Positions 56,413 through 64,000 of a DNA stretch of 64,000 nucleotides are shown one piece after another (position 1 is the first letter of the stretch; each line of letters begins with the position of its first letter). A model generated the notes under the pieces. It saw only the letters and a list, made by a program, of their open reading frames with translations. It had not been told where the DNA came from and searched no databases. Position numbers and translations under genes: made by a program. The DNA is taken from positions 22,980 through 86,979 of the forward strand of contig DLHP01000033.1 of the NCBI GenBank assembly GCA_002483285.1, in the 5' to 3' direction. Source of the DNA: Flavobacterium sp. UBA7665 (GTDB taxonomy: Bacteria; Bacteroidota; Bacteroidia; Flavobacteriales; Flavobacteriaceae).

Positions 56413-57106
56413 ATTTTTTGAAAATGAATCGGGCCATTCGCAGCGGCAGTTAGTGCTGGCGTTTTCGTTTACGGTTTTTACGATTGTGGCACTTTGGATT
56501 GACTCGGTTTTTTTTACGAATCATTATTTCGACGCCCGTCAAATCACAAATGTTTTGGCCGTCGGATATTTTGCGCTGCTGTTTCAGGCTGCGGGTGCCA
56601 CATTGCGCAAGCTCATGTTGGTGATGGTGTTGCTCTCGTATATCGGCGAGCTGATTTTCTGTAAATTGCTCGATATGTACGCTTACAGGACCAGCGCCAT
56701 TCCGCTTTATGTACCTTTTGGGCACGCCATTGTGTACGGGTCGGGCTATATTTTTGCACACACGCCTTGGGCAATCCACCATGAAAATGGCCTCAGGAAA
56801 TTTTTTGCCTTGTTTTTCATCGCACTGTTTCTGGCTGTCGGGATTTTTTTCAATGACTGGTTTTCGCTCGGTTTTGGAGCCTTGTTTTTTGTACTTTTAA
56901 GGCGCAAACGCTGGAACAACCTGTACTATTTTATTGCCCTTTGCGTGATTTTCATTGAACTGGTGGGCACTTATTTTGGATGTTGGGCCTGGGCCGATAA
57001 AACCTTTGGCGTCATTCCGGCTGCGAATCCGCCCATGGGCGCGGTTTTCTTTTATGCCGGAGGCGATGTGCTGCTCGCGAAAATCGTAAGCGCCTGGAAG
57101 AATTAA
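56405..57106 (+). CDS. Hypothetical integral membrane protein
   Basis: Multiple TM segments; overlaps the prenyl synthase stop. Confidence 0.65.
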   Translation: MFRFFENESGHSQRQLVLAFSFTVFTIVALWIDSVFFTNHYFDARQITNVLAVGYFALLFQAAGATLRKLMLVMVLLSYIGELIFCKLLDMYAYRTSAIPLYVPFGHAIVYGSGYIFAHTPWAIHHENGLRKFFALFFIALFLAVGIFFNDWFSLGFGALFFVLLRRKRWNNLYYFIALCVIFIELVGTYFGCWAWADKTFGVIPAANPPMGAVFFYAGGDVLLAKIVSAWKN

Positions 57107-57116
57107 TTAATTAACT

Positions 57117-57470
57117 ATGAATTTTGTGACCCCACAATCGGCCGAACTCCTCCTTTCTGAAGCCGAAAGCGAAAACCTCTACCTCAAACTCATCGCGCAA
57201 CTCAACAAGGATTTCAACCTGGCCAATGAAGCCGTCGATTTCCCCATGAGCACTACGCCGCATGAACTCAAGGTGCAATTGCATGAAAAGATTTACCGGC
57301 TGATTCAGTACAAATTCGCAGAGTACCTAAACCTACTGTACATTATTGACGTTCCCGAAGACCAAATCAAGAAACTCGACGGCTCGGACTTGGTGGCGCT
57401 TTCAGAACAGGTTGCTTTTTTGATTTTGAAAAGAGAATGGCAAAAGGTTTGGTTCCGCAATAAGTTTTAA
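57117..57470 (+). CDS. Conserved hypothetical protein
   Basis: 117 aa; YLNLLYIIDVPE...LILKREWQKVWFR. Confidence 0.65.
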   Translation: MNFVTPQSAELLLSEAESENLYLKLIAQLNKDFNLANEAVDFPMSTTPHELKVQLHEKIYRLIQYKFAEYLNLLYIIDVPEDQIKKLDGSDLVALSEQVAFLILKREWQKVWFRNKF

Positions 57471-57513
57471 AACACCAGAATCCAACACTTCCGCAATCGC
57501 TAAATTTTGGAAT

Positions 57514-58011
57514 ATGCAAATCACCGCAGCCACCCACCAACACCTCGACAGCATCATGAACGTCATAGAAACCGCGCGCCAAATTATGCGTGAAAACGGC
57601 AATATGACGCAATGGGTAGGTTATCCTTCGGTTGAGGTGATTGCAGAAGACATCCATCTCAACCAAGCTTTCATCTGTTGGCAGGATGGGCAAATCGTTG
57701 GCTATTTTTGCCTGATTACAGGCTCTGATCCCGATCCGAATTATCGTGTAATCGAAGGTGGAAAATGGCTCGATGAAAAACCTTACGGCGTAATCCACCG
57801 GCTCGCTTCAGGCCGGCAAGTTAAAGGCGTCGCGCAAGCAGCGTTCGATTACGCGTTTTCAATTATTGACAATGTTCGTGTAGATACGCACCACGACAAC
57901 CTCCCGATGCAAAACTTCTTAAGGAAAAACGGGTTCACCTATTGCGGCATCATTTACGTCAACGACGGTACACCGCGCGACGCCTTTCAAAAACGCCAGG
58001 AAAACACTTAG
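57514..58011 (+). CDS. GNAT-family N-acetyltransferase
   Basis: YGVIHRLAS...GVAQAAF, VRVDTHHDNLPMQNFLRKNGF. Confidence 0.85.
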   Translation: MQITAATHQHLDSIMNVIETARQIMRENGNMTQWVGYPSVEVIAEDIHLNQAFICWQDGQIVGYFCLITGSDPDPNYRVIEGGKWLDEKPYGVIHRLASGRQVKGVAQAAFDYAFSIIDNVRVDTHHDNLPMQNFLRKNGFTYCGIIYVNDGTPRDAFQKRQENT

Positions 58012-58541
58012 AAATAAACCCGCACAAACGGCATAAATGCATCGCCGTAAACAAAGTCATCCTCGCTGTACAGCACATTGTACCTTGCCCCAATCGTGAC
58101 ATTCTGAACGCGGTAACCGGCACCTAGATACAAGGCGGTATTCCAGAAATTATCCGATCCGCGTGTGCCTGTAAAGTTTCTTGACACCCTTACTTGCTCT
58201 AGTTCGGCAGAAACTTGTACCTGCTCAATCGGGTTGAAAAGCCCAATCAAACTCCCGCCGTAAACGTAGGCTTCGTAAAAATTCTTAGACCGCAAATAAG
58301 CACCCTGCAAGCCAACGCCCGCAGAAAAATATGGGTTGAAATTGTAGATGGCACCCGGCGCAAGGCTCACGTCGGTGTAGCCCGAACCCACACTGACCCC
58401 GACACCGCCGCCAATCTGGACACGCTGCCAAAAATCGCTTTTTTGAGCCGCGTTGCTTTGTGCCGATACACCTTGTGAAATCACTATAAAAAAGAAGCAG
58501 AAAATGGTTTTAGAAAACCAAAAGGGAAGGCTGTTTTTCAT
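58008..58541 (-). CDS. Small outer-membrane beta-barrel protein
   Basis: Signal peptide, alternating amphipathic strands, C-terminal VRVYF. Confidence 0.7.
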   Translation of the reverse strand: MKNSLPFWFSKTIFCFFFIVISQGVSAQSNAAQKSDFWQRVQIGGGVGVSVGSGYTDVSLAPGAIYNFNPYFSAGVGLQGAYLRSKNFYEAYVYGGSLIGLFNPIEQVQVSAELEQVRVSRNFTGTRGSDNFWNTALYLGAGYRVQNVTIGARYNVLYSEDDFVYGDAFMPFVRVYF

Positions 58542-58653
58542 CGTTCTAGGGGTTAAATTCGCAAAAGATAAAAGTATCTAAAAAAATTAAAATTGTACTG
58601 CATTTATTGTACTTTTGCGTAACATTTTTACAAATCAGGACATTCAACACACT

Positions 58654-61425
58654 ATGGACAGGTTCTCCTTTTTAAACGCGGCTCACACCGAATTCTTCGC
58701 TCAATTATACGACCAATACCTAGAAAATCCCGATAGCATAGAACCCAGCTGGAGAAGCTTCTTTCAGGGATTCGATTTTGGTATAGCCACTTACAACGAA
58801 GAGCAGGCGGTTGCGCAAATGACCAACATCGCTACAGACAACCTCCAAAGCGGCCAGGTATCCGAGAAAGTTTTAAAGGAATTCAGCGTAGTGAAACTCA
58901 TCGATGCGTATCGTACTCGTGGGCACTTGTTCACCGAGACCAATCCGGTACGCGAGAGAAGGCATTTTTCACCTAGCCTTGAACTCGACAATTTCGGGCT
59001 CACATCAGCCGATTTGAACACCGTTTTTGACGCTGCTAAAATCCTGGGCCACCAACCCTCGACTTTACAAGATATTTTAGTGCACCTCAAAAGCGTGTAC
59101 TGCCGCCACATCGGCATCGAGTACATGTACATGCGCCATCCCGAGACCATCCAATGGATTCAGGACAAGATCAATGTCAATGACAATCTGCCCAATTTCA
59201 ATCCGGAGCAGAAAAAACACATCCTTAGCAAACTCAACGAGGCGGTTTCTTTCGAGAACTTCCTTCACACCAAATACGTCGGCCAGAAGCGTTTCTCGCT
59301 AGAAGGCGGCGAAACCATTATCCCGGCGCTCGATGCACTCATCGAAGCCGCAGCCGAAAAAGGCGTAGAGCAATTCGTAATGGGAATGGCCCACCGTGGC
59401 CGCCTCAACGTGCTCGCGAACATTTTCAGAAAATCCACCCAGGACATTTTCTCCGAATTTGACGGTAAGGATTACGACCAGGAATATTTTGACGGCGATG
59501 TGAAATACCACTTGGGATTGACCTCCGACCGAAAAACCTCTTCGGGGAAAAGCATCAACATCAACCTCGCGCCCAATCCATCGCATCTCGAGACTGTCGG
59601 TGCCGTGATTGAAGGTATAACGCGTGCCAAACAAGACCGCCATTTCCCCGACGACATGTCAAAGGTGCTGCCGATTGCCGTTCACGGTGACGCAGCAGTT
59701 GCCGGACAAGGCATCGTGTATGAAATCATCCAGATGGCACAACTCGACGGCTATAAAACCGGAGGAACCATCCATTTGATCATTAATAACCAAGTCGGTT
59801 TTACCACGAATTACCTCGATGCGCGTTCGTCGACGTATTGTACAGATGTTGCGAAAGTAACCCTGTCACCAGTCTTGCATGTCAATGCAGACGACGCCGA
59901 ATCGGTGGTGCACGCCATGTTGTTTGCACTCGATTTCAGGATGCAATTTGGCCGCGACGTGTTCATCGATTTACTCGGATACAGAAAATACGGGCACAAC
60001 GAAGGCGACGAGCCGCGTTTCACCCAACCGATACTTTACAAAGCAATCGCCAAACACAAAAACCCACGCGACATTTATGCCGAGCAACTCAAGGCCGAAG
60101 GTATCATCGATGACAATTTTGTTAAAGATTTGGAGACCGGTTATAAAAAAGACCTCGACCAGAATTTAGAGGCGTCGCGTAAAAAAGAACTCACGATCAT
60201 CACGCCGTTCATGCAAAACGAATGGCAAGGATTCAAGCAGGTTTCAGACGATGCGATGCTGAGCAAAGTCGATACTTCTTTCCCTAAAGCAAAACTAGCT
60301 GAAATCGCCAAAACGATCAGCACGTTACCATCCGACAAGAAATTCATCAGCAAAATCGAGAAGCTCATCAACGACCGCAAGGTGATGTTTGAAACCAATA
60401 AGCTCGACTGGGCAATGGCCGAATACATGGCTTACGGATCCCTGATGCTTGAAGGTTACGACATCCGCATTTCGGGACAAGACGTAGAGCGCGGTACTTT
60501 CTCGCACCGTCACGCCGTAATCAAGGTAGAAGACAGCGAAGAGGAAGTAGTGTTGTTATCGCAACTCAAAGACGCCAAAGGCAAATTCAGGATTTACAAT
60601 TCGTTGCTTTCTGAATATGCGGTACTTGGTTTCGATTACGGGTATGCGCTCGCAAGCCCAAAAACATTGACCATTTGGGAAGCACAATTCGGTGATTTTT
60701 CGAACGGTGCGCAAATCATGATTGACCAGTACATTTCGTGCGGCGAAGACAAATGGAACAACCAAAACGGGATTGTACTCTTGCTGCCACACGGTTATGA
60801 AGGACAAGGAGCCGAGCACTCTTCGGCGCGTATGGAACGCTACCTGCAACTCTGCGCCAAACACAATATGTTCGTAGCCGATTGTACGACGCCTGCGAAT
60901 TTCTACCACTTGCTCAGACGCCAGATGAAGACCGAATTCCGCAAGCCGCTTGTGGTGATGACACCCAAAAGTTTGCTGCGTGATCCGCGTGTGGTTTCTA
61001 CCGTTGATGAATTTGCAAAAGGCAGTTTCCAGGAAACCATCGACGATCCGACAGCCAACAAAAAGAAAGTCAAAACCCTCGTGTTCTGTACTGGAAAATT
61101 TTACTACGATATTGCAGCCGAACGCGATGCTCAAAAACGCGACGATGTGGCGGTAGTCAGGATCGAGCAATTGTTCCCGTTGCCAACCGAACAACTCAAA
61201 GCCATCATCGCTTCATACCCCAAAGCCGACGATTTCGTCTGGGCACAGGAAGAACCCAAAAACATGGGTGCTTACAGTTTTATGCTCATGAACTTCGACC
61301 TCGTGAAATGGAGGTTGGCATCGCTCAAAGCATACGCCGCACCAGCTGCCGGAAGTTACACCCGCGCCAAACGCCGCCACGCCGATGCCATTAGGATGGT
61401 GTTTGATAAGGACCTGTTCAGGTAA
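58654..61425 (+). CDS. sucA: 2-oxoglutarate dehydrogenase E1
   Basis: KRFSLEG, GMAHRGRLN, HGDAAVAGQG, WEAQFGDF. Confidence 0.97.
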   Translation: MDRFSFLNAAHTEFFAQLYDQYLENPDSIEPSWRSFFQGFDFGIATYNEEQAVAQMTNIATDNLQSGQVSEKVLKEFSVVKLIDAYRTRGHLFTETNPVRERRHFSPSLELDNFGLTSADLNTVFDAAKILGHQPSTLQDILVHLKSVYCRHIGIEYMYMRHPETIQWIQDKINVNDNLPNFNPEQKKHILSKLNEAVSFENFLHTKYVGQKRFSLEGGETIIPALDALIEAAAEKGVEQFVMGMAHRGRLNVLANIFRKSTQDIFSEFDGKDYDQEYFDGDVKYHLGLTSDRKTSSGKSININLAPNPSHLETVGAVIEGITRAKQDRHFPDDMSKVLPIAVHGDAAVAGQGIVYEIIQMAQLDGYKTGGTIHLIINNQVGFTTNYLDARSSTYCTDVAKVTLSPVLHVNADDAESVVHAMLFALDFRMQFGRDVFIDLLGYRKYGHNEGDEPRFTQPILYKAIAKHKNPRDIYAEQLKAEGIIDDNFVKDLETGYKKDLDQNLEASRKKELTIITPFMQNEWQGFKQVSDDAMLSKVDTSFPKAKLAEIAKTISTLPSDKKFISKIEKLINDRKVMFETNKLDWAMAEYMAYGSLMLEGYDIRISGQDVERGTFSHRHAVIKVEDSEEEVVLLSQLKDAKGKFRIYNSLLSEYAVLGFDYGYALASPKTLTIWEAQFGDFSNGAQIMIDQYISCGEDKWNNQNGIVLLLPHGYEGQGAEHSSARMERYLQLCAKHNMFVADCTTPANFYHLLRRQMKTEFRKPLVVMTPKSLLRDPRVVSTVDEFAKGSFQETIDDPTANKKKVKTLVFCTGKFYYDIAAERDAQKRDDVAVVRIEQLFPLPTEQLKAIIASYPKADDFVWAQEEPKNMGAYSFMLMNFDLVKWRLASLKAYAAPAAGSYTRAKRRHADAIRMVFDKDLFR

Positions 61426-61462
61426 TTGCCGACAAAATAAACAAACAATCAAAACCCTAGAC

Positions 61463-63163
61463 ATGATTAAAAAATTACTCGCCGTGCTGTTTATTGTAAG
61501 CGCAAGCACCTTAAATGCACAGACTTTGACTTTTACCAACAAGGCGGATATGATTACCCCGCGCGCGGGATTTTCTTCGGGCAATGACGGGACATTCCAA
61601 TACATCGCCAATGGGTTTGCGCCGTTGCAACCCTATACTAGCCAGATTGAAAAATATGACTTTGCCAATAACAGCTGGTCGACCTTGACCACTTCGACGC
61701 CCACGATCGCCAAGCGTTATGGTAACGGCGGCGTGTTGTCCAATAATCTTTACCTCTACAACGGCGTTACTGCCACTGGAAAGAACGACAAGTTTGAAAT
61801 CGTCAATTTAACGACGGGCGAAGTGACCGTGAGTCCAAACCTGAACCCAAATCCGGTTTACAGCGCTGCATCGGCAATCTATGGTGATTATTTGTTGTCT
61901 TTGGGTGGCTGCGTGAGTGCGTTTGAAGGCGTCTATTCGAGCAAATTTTATAAAATCAGCCCGTTTGGGGAATGGACGGCGCTTGCCGATCTACCCATTG
62001 CGGCCGAAACCAAAGCCGCAGTAGTTTACGGAAATGGTTCGGATGCAAAACTCTATGCCATTGGCGGCTACAGCCAAACCAGCCCGATGCACGAAAATTT
62101 TGAAACCGTGGCAACAACAGGAAACTTGGCATTGGCCGATTGGACCAACGTGGCAGAGACCGGAACCAAAGTATTTCAAGGCAAGCAATTCGGGTTGAAT
62201 AAGTACGCACAGATGACCGCTTTCGCTGGACCGGACCAGGAAGCGTCGAACATTGCATGGCTCATATCACCGACTATTGATTTGGTTGCCGGGAGCTACC
62301 TTACTTTCGACACCAAAGACGGTTACGACAATGGCGCGACATTGCAAGCTTTCTTGGTTACAAATTGGACCGGCGACATCACAACATCAGACAAAAGCTT
62401 GTTGCCTGCCAATATTTCGTCAGGCCATACAGCAGGTTACGCAGCCGACTTTACGAGCTCGGGAATTCTGGCGTTGAACGGCGCCGTGGGCAGCTATCGT
62501 ATCGCTTTTAAATATACCGGCGGTTATGCGCCTTTGGCAACAACGACATTCCAGATTGACAATGTGAGGCTTTATTCGGAAAACAAATCGCACCATATCT
62601 ATGAGTATGATTTCAATACCGATGCCTGGACGGCGCATTTGGATGTGCTTCCGATAGCCGTTTCGGCACATGCCGTTGCCGTTGATAATCCTTACACTCA
62701 GGGCAAGATTTACATCACAGGCGATTATGATTACCAGGATCGCCTTACCTATTACGATACAGCCAATGGAACTTTAACCACATTGGGTCAGAACGCGATG
62801 GTTGGCAGAAGACACCACGCCGCCGAAATTTTCAACAACAACTTATACCTGTTTGGCGGAAACACCACACCGCAGAGTTCAAGCACCTTGAACAGCACGC
62901 AAAGTGCAAACCTGTCTGTTTTAGCAACACCCGGGTTCGGGAAACAGCCAACGATTTCCTTTTATCCAAACCCTGCAACCCATAAGATTAACTTCAATGC
63001 TGACATAAAATCGGTTTCTTTGTTTACTTTTGAAGGAAAGAAAATTGATGCCACGTTGCAAAACAACACGCTCGATATTTCTGGGTTGAACAATGGGATT
63101 TACTTGATTCAAGGCTTGGAAAAAGACGGCAGTTCTTTTTCGGACAAACTCATCAAAAATTAA
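61463..63163 (+). CDS. T9SS-secreted Kelch-repeat protein with an inserted beta-sandwich (DUF5017/choice-of-anchor-J-like)
   Basis: Signal peptide, Kelch GG motifs, insert ENFE...AWLISPTIDL...IAFKY...QIDNV, CTD FYPNPA...GIYLI...KLIKN. Confidence 0.75.
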   Translation: MIKKLLAVLFIVSASTLNAQTLTFTNKADMITPRAGFSSGNDGTFQYIANGFAPLQPYTSQIEKYDFANNSWSTLTTSTPTIAKRYGNGGVLSNNLYLYNGVTATGKNDKFEIVNLTTGEVTVSPNLNPNPVYSAASAIYGDYLLSLGGCVSAFEGVYSSKFYKISPFGEWTALADLPIAAETKAAVVYGNGSDAKLYAIGGYSQTSPMHENFETVATTGNLALADWTNVAETGTKVFQGKQFGLNKYAQMTAFAGPDQEASNIAWLISPTIDLVAGSYLTFDTKDGYDNGATLQAFLVTNWTGDITTSDKSLLPANISSGHTAGYAADFTSSGILALNGAVGSYRIAFKYTGGYAPLATTTFQIDNVRLYSENKSHHIYEYDFNTDAWTAHLDVLPIAVSAHAVAVDNPYTQGKIYITGDYDYQDRLTYYDTANGTLTTLGQNAMVGRRHHAAEIFNNNLYLFGGNTTPQSSSTLNSTQSANLSVLATPGFGKQPTISFYPNPATHKINFNADIKSVSLFTFEGKKIDATLQNNTLDISGLNNGIYLIQGLEKDGSSFSDKLIKN

Positions 63164-63209
63164 CAACACACATTTAGCAGATATACATCATCATTTAAAA
63201 TAATTGACA

Positions 63210-64000
63210 ATGATTTTAGAAATGAAAGTCCCATCACCGGGAGAATCGATCAAAGAAGTTGAAATCGCTACCTGGCTCGTAAAAGATGGCGACTATGTAG
63301 AAAAAGACCAGGCAATTGCCGAAGTCGACTCAGACAAAGCAACCCTCGAATTGCCAGCCGAAGCCGCGGGAATCATTACCCTCAAAGCCGAAGAAGGCGA
63401 TACGGTTGCCGTTGGCGCCGTGGTTTGCTTAATCGATACCGACGGAAAGCCATCTGGCGCAGCAGCACCAGCCGCAGCGAAAGCAGAAGAAGCTAAGCCA
63501 GCAGCAAAGGCAGAGACACCAAAAGCAGAAGCGCCAAAAGCAGCTCCTGCTCCAGCCACTTACGCCGCAAGCACGCCTTCACCGGCTGCCAGGAAAATAC
63601 TCGATGAGAAAAACATCCAACCTGCCGATGTAGTAGGTACCGGAAAAGATGGCCGCATCACCAAAGACGACGCCATGAACGCCGTGCCGTCTATGGGAAC
63701 ACCAACCGGAGGCAACCGTGGATCGAGCCGTACCAAACTCTCGATGCTGCGCAGGAAAGTAGCCGAAAGATTGGTGGCTGCCAAGAATGAAACGGCCATG
63801 CTCACGACTTTCAATGAAGTCAACATGACGCCGATCAATTTGATCCGCAACGAATACAAGGACGCGTTCAAAGCCAAGCACGGTGGACTCGGTTTGGGTT
63901 ATATGTCATTCTTTACCAAAGCCGTAACACGTGCCTTGCAATTGTATCCGGACGTGAACTCGATGATCGACGGCGACCAAAAAATATCTTATGATTTCTG
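63210..64000 (+). CDS. sucB: 2-oxoglutarate dehydrogenase E2 (5' part; runs off window edge)
   Basis: Manual translation MILEMKVPSPGESIKEVEIATWL...EVDSDKAT lipoyl motif, SPAARK, GTGKDGRITKDD. Confidence 0.95.
   Translation, partial: MILEMKVPSPGESIKEVEIATWLVKDGDYVEKDQAIAEVDSDKATLELPAEAAGIITLKAEEGDTVAVGAVVCLIDTDGKPSGAAAPAAAKAEEAKPAAKAETPKAEAPKAAPAPATYAASTPSPAARKILDEKNIQPADVVGTGKDGRITKDDAMNAVPSMGTPTGGNRGSSRTKLSMLRRKVAERLVAAKNETAMLTTFNEVNMTPINLIRNEYKDAFKAKHGGLGLGYMSFFTKAVTRALQLYPDVNSMIDGDQKISYDF

Noticed and set aside
63293-63881. Minus-strand ORFs at the window end
   Set aside because: Antisense shadows of sucB.

Overview
Flavobacterium-like (Bacteroidota) chromosome segment. Evidence for the lineage: T9SS C-terminal sorting domains, TAnnTTTG -7 promoters, and nuo/sucAB/aspS housekeeping genes. 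Most of the window is core genome: bioB, ribF, two tandem T9SS-secreted M12B metalloproteases, pth-rplY-prs, a 14-gene nuoA-N operon, csp, aspS, a TonB receptor with PepSY partner, a TetR-TolC-MFP-RND efflux operon, a prenyl synthase, and sucA-(Kelch gene)-sucB. The accessory part is a ~14.2 kb AT-rich element (12533-26702) integrated at the 3' end of tRNA-Leu(CAA). Highlights: (1) a translationally coupled candidate defence operon, dGTPase -> [CCA/poly(A)-polymerase-like nucleotidyltransferase fused to an N6-adenine methyltransferase] -> PD-(D/E)xK nuclease; (2) the attachment core GGGTAC lies in frame inside the large serine recombinase gene, so excision would swap its C-terminal tail (13 aa of antisense tRNA when integrated, 31 aa from the far end of the element when circular); (3) an array of ~73-bp repeats after attR, each rebuilding the tRNA 3' end/attB plus a terminator; (4) unannotated microproteins in the element, including an 8-Cys zinc-finger peptide; (5) an aspS gene with an AT-rich, divergent core and a ~22-aa insertion next to the histidine loop. 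All family calls are by motif recognition only; no database searches were run.
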